IMG/VR virus record: IMGVR_UViG_3300025098_000016
DNA from: an uncultured virus (IMG/VR IMGVR_UViG_3300025098_000016)
Taxonomy: Duplodnaviria > Heunggongvirae > Uroviricota > Caudoviricetes
Length of the DNA: 64,000 nucleotides
Reading direction: 5' to 3' (one strand)
Shown here one piece after another: positions 28,199-38,274 of the stretch. A program made the position numbers and the translations under genes. The notes beneath the pieces are model-generated. The model was not told the DNA's origin. It saw only the letters and a list, made by a program, of their open reading frames with translations, and did not search any database. The first letter of the stretch is position 1. The number at the start of each line of letters is the position of its first letter.

Positions 28199-28229
28199 AA
28201 AAAAATAGGCCCTCGAAAGGACCTATTTT
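28199..28229 (-). terminator. Rho-independent terminator after major capsid gene
   Basis: AAAATAGGTCCT-TTCG-AGGGCCTATTTTTTT. Confidence 0.9.
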
Positions 28230-28254
28230 AATTTTGTTTCTAAACTAAGAGATC

Positions 28255-29412
28255 TTAGCTGAAGCTTACGTTGGCAATTGAAACTTTGCCTAAGTAGTCA
28301 GCCGCGTTACCTAGTGAAGACGCAACGTTTGATAACTCAACATAACCGTAGCGTGTCATAAATGATACTACTGGCTCAAATGTTGATGGATCAAGTACAA
28401 CGCCACTTGACATTAATGGAATATAAGGAGCGTAGAACGCTGGTGCGTCTGATTCGCTTGATCCTTTGTATCCAACTAATACGTCAGTGCTGTCACCTGC
28501 ATATGCATCTACGTATACTTTCATTGCACCGTTCAAAGTACCAACCATTTTAGTGTTAGTTGGAGCTTCAAAAGTACCTTCAGTTGTACGTGCAAATGCA
28601 CTTGTTGTTGCAGACTGTAGGATAGTTAATGCAAATGGTGATACCACTGCATAGTTACCTGCGCCACGACGTGTTCTTGCCGCGATATCGTTAGCAACTT
28701 TGTTGATCATAACAGCTAATGCCGCATGCTCGTCGCCTACGAATGTTGCAGTTCCTGAAACGCCGTTTTGATCATATGCTTGGCTAGCTGTACCAGCTAG
28801 TGAACGCAATGATGCAAGGATCTCTTGATCGATCTCAGCAGTAATTTCTTGGGCTAATGCCGCCATTACTTCTGCTTCGATGTCGATGCCTTGTTGTGCT
28901 TGAGCGTCTTGAGCCGCTTCAAAAGTCCAGCGAGCTGATAGCTTTCTGGTTTTTGCTTCGACTGTCTGCTTTAAGATTTGGATTGACAATCTCTTGCCTG
29001 CTGTACCTTCTAAAGTAGCGGTTGCATCTGCTTTATCAGTTGAACCTCCACCTGAATATCCAACACCAATCTTAAATGGTGATAGAGCTTCTTCGCCTGC
29101 AGTCACATCATCTAATGTGTCTGAGTAACGAACTCTTAATGTGTGGATTTGACCCACGGGACCTGTCATTGGCTGTACACCGACTAATTCGTTGGCGATA
29201 ACAGTTGGCATAACACGTCTGATTACTGGTAGGATAACTCTGTTAAGAGTTGCAACATTCCCTGCTGAAGATGCACCTGCTGTAGCTGATTCTGCCAAAT
29301 ACCTTTTAGTATTTTCCAGAGTCACGCCCATCACGGCTTTCTTATTGCCTTCTAGGCCTTCAAGAAGTGCAGTCTTAGTATCCTGCCAGCGACTTTCTAA
29401 TAGTTCTGACAT
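28255..29412 (-). CDS. gp23: Major capsid protein (T4 gp23 family)
   Basis: VIRRVMPTVIANELVGVQPMTGPVGQI, VEAKTRKLSARWTFEAAQD, EITAEIDQEI, FYAPYIPL, FMTRYG. Confidence 0.97.
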   Translation of the reverse strand: MSELLESRWQDTKTALLEGLEGNKKAVMGVTLENTKRYLAESATAGASSAGNVATLNRVILPVIRRVMPTVIANELVGVQPMTGPVGQIHTLRVRYSDTLDDVTAGEEALSPFKIGVGYSGGGSTDKADATATLEGTAGKRLSIQILKQTVEAKTRKLSARWTFEAAQDAQAQQGIDIEAEVMAALAQEITAEIDQEILASLRSLAGTASQAYDQNGVSGTATFVGDEHAALAVMINKVANDIAARTRRGAGNYAVVSPFALTILQSATTSAFARTTEGTFEAPTNTKMVGTLNGAMKVYVDAYAGDSTDVLVGYKGSSESDAPAFYAPYIPLMSSGVVLDPSTFEPVVSFMTRYGYVELSNVASSLGNAADYLGKVSIANVSFS

Positions 29413-29422
29413 TTTTTTCTCC

Positions 29423-30526
29423 TTATTTCAATCCTGCAAGTCTTCTAATATCTACTACATTATCAGTAGCAGATGCTGTGCTTGCATCTATGTCATTGGT
29501 TTGTTTATTGCCTGTAATTTTTGTGCCTTCAGTGAGTGTTGCCTTGGTTTCCTTAGCTGGAGTGTTCCCTGCAATTACGCTTGGCATGTACTTATCGAAA
29601 GACTTATTAAGTTTCTCGGTTTGTACAGATTCCAGTAAGTCAGCCATGATTTCCTTTTGTTCACCATTTAATGGTGAAAGGAGTTCATTCATAACTTCTT
29701 TTCTTTTAGCTGTGTCTTTTGCAATTCTAATTTCAGCGTCTTTGCTTTCTACTAGTGTTGCTTTGTCTTCAGCTACTTTTTTAGCTTCAGCTAATTGTTT
29801 ATCTTTCAACCCAACTACTTTTAATAGTTTTGCTGTTTCGGACTTCTCATTAAGATAGCTGTTAGTATATTCTGTAGCGAAAGATTCGAAAATCTTGCGT
29901 CCAAAATCATTCTTACGAGCTGAATCAATGTCTTCCTTCAATTGAGTCATTTCTTTATTAAGACCTTTCTCAACTGTTTCAGCAACAATTTTCGTTGCGT
30001 CTGTGATAAACTTGGATTTAACTTTAGCTAGATGTGTTTTAGCTTCACGTACTAAACGTACCTTTGTTTCAGCTAAGTCTTTTTTGTCTTCATAAAACTC
30101 TGCGATTTCTTTAGATAATGAATCAACAACAAAATTCTCAAGTTTGGAAAACTTTCCTGCCATAGCTTTTTGATCTTCATGAAGTTCACCGATCTCTTTA
30201 CCTAACTGACCAACAACAAAGTTTTTCATTAACTCTGCGTTTTCACGCATTGCTACTGCATATTTTGCTCTTGCTTCGGCTAGTTTTTGACGATCGTCTG
30301 CGAACTCATTAAGTTCTTCTGCAAGTTTTTCTTCTAACATAGTATCAATAGCTTCCACCATTGTTGCTTTGTCATGCTCATACTTTTGAGCGAATTCCTC
30401 GCGAAGTTCAGCTGTGGCGCTCAAACGATTCTCTTGAATCCTTTGTTCCCATGCTTGTTCGATTTCTGCTCTGATATCTTCGGAAATTGCATTATTTTCA
30501 AAGAGTGCTTTCAGTGCATCTAACAT
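29423..30526 (-). CDS. gp22: Prohead core scaffolding protein (gp22-like)
   Basis: Long charged coiled coil between the protease and capsid genes; the call relies on synteny. Confidence 0.8.
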   Translation of the reverse strand: MLDALKALFENNAISEDIRAEIEQAWEQRIQENRLSATAELREEFAQKYEHDKATMVEAIDTMLEEKLAEELNEFADDRQKLAEARAKYAVAMRENAELMKNFVVGQLGKEIGELHEDQKAMAGKFSKLENFVVDSLSKEIAEFYEDKKDLAETKVRLVREAKTHLAKVKSKFITDATKIVAETVEKGLNKEMTQLKEDIDSARKNDFGRKIFESFATEYTNSYLNEKSETAKLLKVVGLKDKQLAEAKKVAEDKATLVESKDAEIRIAKDTAKRKEVMNELLSPLNGEQKEIMADLLESVQTEKLNKSFDKYMPSVIAGNTPAKETKATLTEGTKITGNKQTNDIDASTASATDNVVDIRRLAGLK

Positions 30527-30539
30527 TTTTTTCTCCTTG

Positions 30540-31172
30540 TTAGCGGAGACCGTTGATAATGTTCACCAACGATTCCTTTAAGTATTTCTGTGCCTTTTCG
30601 TCGCCGTTAAGTTCGCGAGCCATGTTCATTGCCTGATACCCACCACGGGTATTTAATAAGTGTTCGTAAATAGGCGTTGGATACGCCCCTGGAGCACTTG
30701 GTTGAGCAACGGCATCAACTGTAATAATTTCAAATTCGCTGACCTCGCCGCTTCCATCTTCTTTAACATTTCCAGATCCCCTAGACGAAACACCTAATTT
30801 TACACCATTTTGTATCATGGTTTGAATTAGTTGTCCCATCGGGGTTGGAATTACTTTAAGTTTTCCGTAACCGTTTGGACCATCCATCCACATTTCTGTG
30901 ATCATATGGCTTACACGATCTAAATTAACATTAAGTCCTTCAGGATGATCAACTTCACCTAATACACTATATCCGCCTTGGATTTGATCATTGAGCGTGT
31001 TGACAGCTCTACTAATCTCAGTTACAGGATATACACGTTGGTTAGCGTTACGAACACCACCTTGTATGCAGATACCTTTTAGATACAGGTCTTTTCCACC
31101 TGTTTCATTCTCAGTAGTCTCAACGACCATTTTTGCTTGGTCGAATGATAGTGTTTCAGTTAAGTTTAACAT
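30540..31172 (-). CDS. gp21: Prohead protease (T4 gp21 family)
   Basis: RNANQRVYP, LGEVDHP, GVSSRGSG, DAVAQPSAPGAYP. Confidence 0.95.
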   Translation of the reverse strand: MLNLTETLSFDQAKMVVETTENETGGKDLYLKGICIQGGVRNANQRVYPVTEISRAVNTLNDQIQGGYSVLGEVDHPEGLNVNLDRVSHMITEMWMDGPNGYGKLKVIPTPMGQLIQTMIQNGVKLGVSSRGSGNVKEDGSGEVSEFEIITVDAVAQPSAPGAYPTPIYEHLLNTRGGYQAMNMARELNGDEKAQKYLKESLVNIINGLR

Positions 31173-31192
31173 CTGTTATTCCTTAATCTCAA

Positions 31193-32170
31193 TTAAGAAC
31201 CAATAGTACTTTTACTATCTGTTCCAGTTTCGCCTGCGCCTTTTTTCTCTGCGCCATGGCCTTTAGCGTTTGAACTCATTGACTTAGAAGCTTTACCGCC
31301 TGGTACGTTAACGTTCCCTGCATTGTCTTCTTTAGGTGCACTTGCTTTTCCGCCTTTTTCTTCAGCTGATCCGCCAGCAATGTTACCTGCTGTTCCACCC
31401 ATGTCATTTTTACCAGCAACTGGTGATTTAGTGCCGTCTGTTCCAGTATCGCCCATTTTAGGTGTTACTTTCTCTACGTACTCTCTCATTTGCTCTCCAG
31501 CAGTTTTAGTGCCTTCGAAAGCTGGTGCTTCGTCTTCTACGCTAAGTTCGGGAGCGACATCAAATGCCTCTTCCTTGTCTTCATCACCTTCGTCATCCAT
31601 GTCCATGTCAGCGGCATCTTCGTCGCCTTCATCGCCATCATTGTCGCCAGCCATCATTTTTTCAAATTCTGACTTAAGATCATCAAGAGCATCTTCTAGA
31701 TCAACTACACGGTCTTCGATTTCTTCTTCATCGCCGTCCATATCGCCGTCTTCACCTTCTTCGTCGTCTGCTTCGATGTCTGCCATCATATCGTCAGCCG
31801 CGTCGCCGCCCATTGGGTCAGCTTCTGGTGTAATTTCGTCGAAGTTTTCATCAACTTCTTCGTCTGAAGCTTCGTCTACTTCTTCGTCAGTAGCTTCGTC
31901 AACTTCTTCGTCTGTTGCTTCGTTAGTCTCTTCGTCGTCTGAAGACTCATCTACTTCTTCATCTGAAGCTTCGTTAGTTTCTTCGTCATTTGACGCTTCA
32001 TCTACTTCTTCGTCTTTAACTTCGTCAAGATCTTCTAAATCTGATTCTAGCATCTTTTCATAGATACCACGTGACTTTTCAATAACAAATTCGTGAAACA
32101 GTTCATCTGCTCCAGCACGATCGTTATTGACAAGTTTTTCGAGCATTTGCTCTAATTTATTGTCTGCCAT
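31193..32170 (-). CDS. Highly acidic prohead core/internal head protein
   Basis: D/E-rich with tandem EEVDEASD repeats, located in the head module just upstream of gp21. Confidence 0.65.
   Translation of the reverse strand: MADNKLEQMLEKLVNNDRAGADELFHEFVIEKSRGIYEKMLESDLEDLDEVKDEEVDEASNDEETNEASDEEVDESSDDEETNEATDEEVDEATDEEVDEASDEEVDENFDEITPEADPMGGDAADDMMADIEADDEEGEDGDMDGDEEEIEDRVVDLEDALDDLKSEFEKMMAGDNDGDEGDEDAADMDMDDEGDEDKEEAFDVAPELSVEDEAPAFEGTKTAGEQMREYVEKVTPKMGDTGTDGTKSPVAGKNDMGGTAGNIAGGSAEEKGGKASAPKEDNAGNVNVPGGKASKSMSSNAKGHGAEKKGAGETGTDSKSTIGS
31843..32030 (-). repeat. Coding tandem repeat (24-27 nt units, DEEVDEAS/DEETNEAT)
   Basis: About 7 imperfect units visible in both DNA and protein. 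Confidence 0.8.
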
Positions 32171-32215
32171 TGTTTTCTCCTATATGTTTAATTAGTATGT
32201 AAGGCTGTCTAGTAT

Positions 32216-32221
32216 TATTTA
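32216..32221 (-). promoter_or_regulatory. Late promoter core TAAATA for the core-protease-scaffold-capsid operon
   Basis: TAAATA about 45 nt upstream of the ATG with SD AGGAG. Confidence 0.65.
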
Positions 32222-32282
32222 CACTATGTTTAATAAATGTACGGAAAACGGCGTCAAAACGAATCGTTTAGTCGCAAACCGT

Positions 32283-32882
32283 TTAAAAATCATAGTATCT
32301 TTTAAACTCACTCACTTTTATGTGAGATAAATTCGTACATTTCTTTAATTGTTTAGGTACAAAATCATCATCATCTGCTACAATTCTAATGTATTTTTTA
32401 CCTTGATGTGCATCACAAGTTGATGCTGTTTGCCTTTCCCAGTTGCCAAAGTATGTTGCTGGCTCGCCTTGTCTCTTATAATTGTGTGTTCCTGCGTATA
32501 AGTTATTTACCTTACTTCGATTGCCTTGAGTATCTAGTGATCCGTGAAAGTCCATGCCCAACATATAAATTGTATCATGTGCATGTGTGCTTGCAAGCCA
32601 TAATGCTGTAGGACCGCTACTCCAACCCTTGCTTGGATGGAAATAATTAAAACCTTGAAACGTGTGAAATTGTTTATTTGGATTAGTCCATACTTCGTGT
32701 TCCATTTGCCACTTGCTTTGATTAATTTCAAGTACCATCTTTACATCAACCGCAACTAAGTAATGCGGTTCAAAATGTCTGAACATTGCATTACATGCAT
32801 ATACTTTTCCGTAATTTTTAAGTGGGTATAGATCTATGTCTTTTCGGCTCTCGCCATTACCTATTACAAAGGCTACAGTCAT
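32283..32882 (-). CDS. Rossmann-like protein with GNGxS motif (sialyltransferase/MAF-like fold)
   Basis: AFVIGNGESR...VYACNA...PHYLVAVD...SSGPTALWLA...IYMLGMDF. Confidence 0.5.
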   Translation of the reverse strand: MTVAFVIGNGESRKDIDLYPLKNYGKVYACNAMFRHFEPHYLVAVDVKMVLEINQSKWQMEHEVWTNPNKQFHTFQGFNYFHPSKGWSSGPTALWLASTHAHDTIYMLGMDFHGSLDTQGNRSKVNNLYAGTHNYKRQGEPATYFGNWERQTASTCDAHQGKKYIRIVADDDDFVPKQLKKCTNLSHIKVSEFKRYYDF

Positions 32883-32893
32883 TGTAGAGCTTC

Positions 32894-33133
32894 CTATACT
32901 TCAGGTTGACCTTGAATACCGTACATTTGACGTACAAATTCTAATTCTTTTTGCTTTTCTTCTTGATGTAACTCTGATGCTCTGCGAGCTTTGTTTATTT
33001 GACGTAGTGTTAATCTTGTTTTGCGTGTGTCATCGCGATTTACAACGCTATGATCGTCAGTAGCATCATAACGTTTATCCTCAATAGGATCAATAGTTTC
33101 TTTATCAAAATAAAATAATTCTCTTAGTATCAT
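32894..33133 (-). CDS. Small head-module hypothetical protein
   Basis: 79 aa; MILRELF start; TAAATA 5 nt upstream. Confidence 0.65.
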   Translation of the reverse strand: MILRELFYFDKETIDPIEDKRYDATDDHSVVNRDDTRKTRLTLRQINKARRASELHQEEKQKELEFVRQMYGIQGQPEV

Positions 33134-33141
33134 GCTTGTAT

Positions 33142-34881
33142 TTATGCCGGAGGCGTTTCTGCGCCAGCATCTCCCCCTGGGTCTGGTGTTGTTACTGAAT
33201 CAACTCCTTCAGTTTCACCTGTAACCATTCCGTCAACATCGTCTGCAACTGGTTCATCGCCTGCTAAGTCACCTTCAATACCTGCTCCACTAATACCTGC
33301 TCCACGCATTTCTGCACTTGCGTCAGTTGGTGCTGTTGATAGGTTCTCGTCATTTTCTTCTTTCCAATAGCGTTCATTGTCTGCAATTTCTGAATCGCTC
33401 ATTCCTAAGAAACGTTTCATTGCATATCTGTTACTAATAAAAGGAATACTTTGAATTTGTGCAAACGTACCAATACGTTGATTGTCTAATTCACTTTGTC
33501 TATAACTTGCAAAGTTTTGTGGTGGTTGAAATAACAAGTCAAACATTGCAATGTCAACATTAATACCTTTTTCTATTAGGTAACGTTTAAATTCTTGATT
33601 GAATACTTCAGCTATAAGGTTCTGTAAACGCTCGCAATACTTGTTAAAGCGTAGCTCTTGTATGTATGCAGTACCTACTCTGCCGTCGTTAAATGAACTT
33701 TGACCTTCATCTTGTGCCGCGGCTGGTAAGTATGAACTTGGAATACGTAAACCTCTTACTAGTTTGTTTGTAAAGTATTTCAAGTCATCAATCTCACCTA
33801 AGTTAGTACCACCAGGTAGTGTTTCAACTTTAGATCCACGTCCTTCTGCTGTTTGCGGAAAGAAGTAATCTTCGTTAGTAGATAATGGATTGTAAGCACT
33901 ATCAATAACACTTGTGCCACCACCTGTTTTACTTGGTATACGTCTCTGATGTATTTCTGTTTTTACTCTCTCAACAAATTGCATAGCTAAATGACTTGGC
34001 ATGTTACCAACATCAACGTAAAATACTCTACGCTCTGGAGCTCTTTGTGTTCTGTAAATGATAATAGCATCTTCGAGTAATTCTTTTTGTTTGTATACTT
34101 TAAATATACCTTCTAACAAACTATTGCCAAAAGGTGCATTATTATCTAAGCCTTCGCTTAAACTCATATGTACCATATGCTTTGCATCAATAGCATGTTC
34201 TTTAGTTTTATCATGACCAAAGCGTCCTGCACTTGAGCCAGATGTTTGTGTGTTTCCAACCATACCGCGAACACCGCCGGTTAAGTATCCGTCACCACCA
34301 CCAGTTGCATTACCGTTTGTAGTATATGGTGTTGTTGCTACATTGTCTACAAAGTTTAAATTAAGATCTCTAACAATGTATTGTTCTGGTGTTTTACCTT
34401 CTGATTCATTAACAATAATACTTGAAACTTTTGCAGGATCAACATGATGCCATTTTTTAGTTTCAGGATCTCTAATAAAGAAAGCATCACCAAACTTAAA
34501 AACGTTACGCACAATTTTAAACATGCGTGTACTAAAATCATTAAGTTTAGTCCATTGCTGTAAGTATTGCTCTAATACTTTAATTTCTGAATTAGTAGCC
34601 ATCTTTTTAAAATCAATACTAAAACTTGTTTTATTAATTGGATTTTGCTGTGAACAAAACTCAGCTAAAATATCTAATGCCGCATTAACTTCACTATCTT
34701 GGTCCATAGTATTATATTGACCATATCGCTCAACTCTATTAGGAGCGCCTGTGTACACATCAGGTAAAAAACTTGAATAGTTTGATCTTGCAGGGCCAGC
34801 TTGTGTACCTTGACCAACGCTTAAAGGACTGCGAGTTCCTGCTTCGCCTTCAACTGGTGTAAAGTATCTTTTCCAACTCAT
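33142..34881 (-). CDS. gp20: Portal vertex protein (T4 gp20 family)
   Basis: LLEDAIIIYRTQRAPERRVFYVDVGNMP, EDYFFP...GRGSKVETLPGGTNLGEIDDLKYF, ELRFNKY. Confidence 0.97.
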   Translation of the reverse strand: MSWKRYFTPVEGEAGTRSPLSVGQGTQAGPARSNYSSFLPDVYTGAPNRVERYGQYNTMDQDSEVNAALDILAEFCSQQNPINKTSFSIDFKKMATNSEIKVLEQYLQQWTKLNDFSTRMFKIVRNVFKFGDAFFIRDPETKKWHHVDPAKVSSIIVNESEGKTPEQYIVRDLNLNFVDNVATTPYTTNGNATGGGDGYLTGGVRGMVGNTQTSGSSAGRFGHDKTKEHAIDAKHMVHMSLSEGLDNNAPFGNSLLEGIFKVYKQKELLEDAIIIYRTQRAPERRVFYVDVGNMPSHLAMQFVERVKTEIHQRRIPSKTGGGTSVIDSAYNPLSTNEDYFFPQTAEGRGSKVETLPGGTNLGEIDDLKYFTNKLVRGLRIPSSYLPAAAQDEGQSSFNDGRVGTAYIQELRFNKYCERLQNLIAEVFNQEFKRYLIEKGINVDIAMFDLLFQPPQNFASYRQSELDNQRIGTFAQIQSIPFISNRYAMKRFLGMSDSEIADNERYWKEENDENLSTAPTDASAEMRGAGISGAGIEGDLAGDEPVADDVDGMVTGETEGVDSVTTPDPGGDAGAETPPA

Positions 34882-34894
34882 ATCTTATCCTATC

Positions 34895-37213
34895 CTATCT
34901 ACCGTTTAAATTACCGTTTAGGTTTTGTGTGGCTTTTTTGGTATCTTTATTAACATTAATTAACTCTTCTAACTTAGTACTTATCGATTCCCACCAACTT
35001 TTCTCTTCATTACTGGCTTCATTCTGTTTGTCTAATGTTCCAGTACTATCAGTAGATTTACTACCGCCACCGGATTCTGCAACAACTTCTTCAATAGTAG
35101 TTGGATTTTGAGTTGTAGTCTCTGTTTGTGGAGTTTCTCCTGCATTAAGTCCTAGTTTGCCTCTTGCCCAATCACCTAATCTATTATCAGGTAAAATACC
35201 GCCAATAAACGATTTGATCGATTCCCAACTAAACAAGCCAGTAAACCCATCAACAACTCTTTTCCAAGCTGATTTTATTTTTATCTTAAGATTTTCTATG
35301 CTAAAGAACTCTTTTATGTTCTCCCAATCTATAAACATACTAACACCAGCAATAAGTAATCCAGCGATTTTAACCCAAGGATTTAATTTAGCTATAGCTT
35401 TAACTAACATCCAAGTAATAGAACCACCAATTGCTAAGAAACCTATGCCACTTAATAAAGAACTAAATGCTTCGTCTATCTTTGGTTTAATATTTTTGTC
35501 AAAGAATGCTTTAGGGTCAGCAAATAGATCTGTAAAGAAAGATTTAATAGCAGGACCATGCTGTTTCCATAACTCACTAAAAGTAGTCATCATATCGCCC
35601 ATTGTTTTTATCAATCCGCCTTCACGTTCTCCAGTACGTCCACCTGATCCTGGAGGACCTTCCATTGCCTTTTTGCCTAGGAACAAGTCTTTAAGGAAAT
35701 TTACTACATCACCAATTCCACTTTTCATTTTATTAAGACCGTCGCCTCTGAGCCATTCCCATGTTGAAGTCAATGATGGTAGTATTTGATCTTTAAATAT
35801 CTTACTAGCCTCTTCATACATTTTTTGAGCTTCTTCAGTAGTAGGTAAAAAGTCTCCAATGTCATCTGATAAAGTTTTAAATATTCCACTGTCAACAATT
35901 GACGCTTGTATGTCACCTTGTATTGTTGCAACTGTCTCAGCAAACGTACCCATTTTCTCTGTTACTTTATCACGCTTGGCTTGTTCTTCAGTAGTTGCAT
36001 CAGTTACTGTTTTTTGTGCTGTTTGAATACTACCAATGGTTGTAAGTAGTTCACCTGTTGCAGTTCCTCCAGCAAGTGCGGCTTGTACTCCAGCATCACC
36101 AAGTGTTTTGGCAAACTTCATACCGTCTTCTTTAACACCTACAATAAAGTTAGCCGCTTGTTCAGAAGTCATGTTTTGTATATTTTGTGCTTCTCTTCTA
36201 AACGTATCGTTGTTGGCCATTAACTGTTTTGTCAATGGATCGTTTGCAACTCCGTCAGCCATATCAAGTAGTGCCGCTTCAAGTTGAGGGGATGCCGCCG
36301 CCATTTGTTGTAATCTCAAAGCAAATTCATCACCGTGTTTATTAATTGCCATTTGGCGTCTAATATCTAGATTTTTTGCCTTCATTTCATCTTCTAGTGC
36401 TTTACGACTTTTACCTGTAAGTTTTGATATCTTATCAAGTTCAGATGAATATTTTAATGAGCCTTCAATTAATTGTTTATCTGTCATAAACTGTCGTCTA
36501 CCTGATACTTGCATCAACTCACTATAGTTTATAAAGTTTTCGTTTAGTTCTTCAGATGTAAAACCTATTTCTCTTAGTCTTGTACCTAAAGGACTTTGTC
36601 TAAGTTCTTTTGACAGTCCTGCAAAACGTCTTGCACCATCTCCAACTGTGTTGCCAAATATACGTAGGCTTTCACTTTGTTGACTAACAAGTTCAATAAA
36701 ATCTTGTTGTGGTATTGCCGCTTGTCCTGCAATTCTAGTAATCTCAAACATACTGTTACCAAAACTAGCACCAGTTTGTGTAAGTTGTCTAAAACTATTA
36801 ATTTGTGTGTCTAACACATTAGATAATATTCCTAATCCTGGAATAGGTAAATGTTTAGTAAAATCAGATAATTGTTGACCACCAAATGCTAATTCACTTG
36901 CAAATCCTGGAACTGCACCCACTACCGCTGAAACTGATGCAAGTAGTCCGTTAAGTATTCCGCCTGTTATACTTTTTAACTTCCCACCAAAACCAACAAC
37001 TGCGTCACCAGTATCGTCAAAATCTTTACCTAAGTTTTTTGCAGACTTTCCAGCTTTGTCAAGGTTACTACCAGCAGTACCGCCACCGCCGGCATTAGGA
37101 TTCATCTTACGTCCGCCTAAGGCTTTTAAGATTTCTCTTAAAGTAGCTTCAGATGCCGCATTATCAGCTGTTACTTCTCCAATTCCTGGAATATCAATTT
37201 TTACGTCTGCCAT
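34895..37213 (-). CDS. Probable tail tape measure protein
   Basis: Long helical A/K/L/E-rich protein with a hydrophobic segment (IGFLAIGGSITWML...NPWVKIAGLLIAGVSMF) and periodic aromatic residues; divergent from the hub/tail chaperone gene. Confidence 0.65.
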   Translation of the reverse strand: MADVKIDIPGIGEVTADNAASEATLREILKALGGRKMNPNAGGGGTAGSNLDKAGKSAKNLGKDFDDTGDAVVGFGGKLKSITGGILNGLLASVSAVVGAVPGFASELAFGGQQLSDFTKHLPIPGLGILSNVLDTQINSFRQLTQTGASFGNSMFEITRIAGQAAIPQQDFIELVSQQSESLRIFGNTVGDGARRFAGLSKELRQSPLGTRLREIGFTSEELNENFINYSELMQVSGRRQFMTDKQLIEGSLKYSSELDKISKLTGKSRKALEDEMKAKNLDIRRQMAINKHGDEFALRLQQMAAASPQLEAALLDMADGVANDPLTKQLMANNDTFRREAQNIQNMTSEQAANFIVGVKEDGMKFAKTLGDAGVQAALAGGTATGELLTTIGSIQTAQKTVTDATTEEQAKRDKVTEKMGTFAETVATIQGDIQASIVDSGIFKTLSDDIGDFLPTTEEAQKMYEEASKIFKDQILPSLTSTWEWLRGDGLNKMKSGIGDVVNFLKDLFLGKKAMEGPPGSGGRTGEREGGLIKTMGDMMTTFSELWKQHGPAIKSFFTDLFADPKAFFDKNIKPKIDEAFSSLLSGIGFLAIGGSITWMLVKAIAKLNPWVKIAGLLIAGVSMFIDWENIKEFFSIENLKIKIKSAWKRVVDGFTGLFSWESIKSFIGGILPDNRLGDWARGKLGLNAGETPQTETTTQNPTTIEEVVAESGGGSKSTDSTGTLDKQNEASNEEKSWWESISTKLEELINVNKDTKKATQNLNGNLNGR

Positions 37214-37240
37214 TTATTAAGTACTCACATTATATATAGC

Positions 37241-37272
37241 TATAAATATGTATGCTATTACAATAGTATTTA
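37241..37272. promoter_or_regulatory. Pair of opposed late promoters
   Basis: TATAAATA (+, 37241-37248) towards the gp26-like gene and TAAATA (-, 37267-37272) towards the tape measure gene. Confidence 0.65.
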
Positions 37273-37287
37273 GCAGGAGATATAAAC

Positions 37288-38274
37288 ATGGTAGATAATA
37301 ATGTCCCACCAAACATGGGAAATCAAGGCATGCAGATGGGTATGCCTCAGCAACCGTCAGCAAAAAATCCGGCACAACCGCCGATGCCGCCGATGCAAGC
37401 TCAACCAGTACCGGTACAACAGCCGGCTGGTAACCCATTAATAAAACATTTAAGACAACCTAAGATTTATGTAAAGTTACCTAGTGAAGGGCAATACTGG
37501 CCGCAGAATGCATTGCAGAAAACAGAAACAGGTGAATATCCTGTATATGCAATGACTGCCAAAGATGAGATTACGTTTAAAACACCAGATGCATTATTAA
37601 ACGGTCAAGCAACTGTTGATGTTATTCAAAGTTGTATGCCAAACATTAAAGACGCTTGGCACACTCCTAGTATTGACTTAGATGCAATTTTAGTTGCTAT
37701 TAGAATGGCTAGTTTTGGAGAGAAGATTGATATGTCTTCTACTGTTCCAGGAACTAACTTAACTAAAGACTTTCAATTAGATTTGCAAACAATTTACGAC
37801 AACTTAACTAATACAGAATACACTGATACATTTCAAATTGATGGCTTTAGAGTTCAAATAAAACCAGCTAGTTACAGAATGGTTACTCAACAAGCTATTA
37901 AAGCATTTGAGGAACAGCGTATTTTTACTACAGTTAACGATGACAGCATTGATGAAACTGTCAAACTAGAACGTTTTCAAAAAAGTTTTGCAAAGTTAAC
38001 TGATATTAATATTAATGCAGTTGTTGCTAATGTAGTTGCTATTCAACCTGATGGTGCAGAAGAAGCTGTTACTAATCCAAAGTATCTAAAAGAATTTTTA
38101 GAAGGTGCTGAAGCAAAAACATATAATCAAATTGCTGATTATATTAAATCTCAAAAAGAACGATTTGAGCAAAAGCCGTTAGTAGTAGAAGCAACTCCTG
38201 AAGAAATTGAAGCAGGTGCTAGTAAGACCTACGAAATACCAATTACATTCGATCAGAGTAATTTTTTCGGCTAA
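37288..38274 (+). CDS. Baseplate hub assembly chaperone (T4 gp26-like)
   Basis: LPSEG.YW...VYAMTAKDEI...PDALLNG...IDLDAILVAIRMASFGEKI; ends in the characteristic ...NFFG. Confidence 0.75.
   Translation: MVDNNVPPNMGNQGMQMGMPQQPSAKNPAQPPMPPMQAQPVPVQQPAGNPLIKHLRQPKIYVKLPSEGQYWPQNALQKTETGEYPVYAMTAKDEITFKTPDALLNGQATVDVIQSCMPNIKDAWHTPSIDLDAILVAIRMASFGEKIDMSSTVPGTNLTKDFQLDLQTIYDNLTNTEYTDTFQIDGFRVQIKPASYRMVTQQAIKAFEEQRIFTTVNDDSIDETVKLERFQKSFAKLTDININAVVANVVAIQPDGAEEAVTNPKYLKEFLEGAEAKTYNQIADYIKSQKERFEQKPLVVEATPEEIEAGASKTYEIPITFDQSNFFG

Noticed and set aside
31843..32030. CRISPR-like or guide array
   Set aside because: The repeats are contiguous, in-frame and coding, with no unique spacers. No repeat-spacer array was seen anywhere in the window.
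31323..32063. 246 aa Ser-rich plus-strand ORF
   Set aside because: It is the antisense shadow of the Asp/Glu-rich gene (GAA/GAC codons read as Ser-rich on the other strand).
32246..32284. Imperfect inverted repeat AAACGG...CCGTTT upstream of the head operon promoter
   Set aside because: It is irregular with no U-tract and no function can be supported.
35157..35789. 210 aa antisense ORF and the many other short overlapping ORFs in the track
   Set aside because: They lie opposite or inside well-supported genes, lack SD or promoter signals, and reflect codon-bias shadows.
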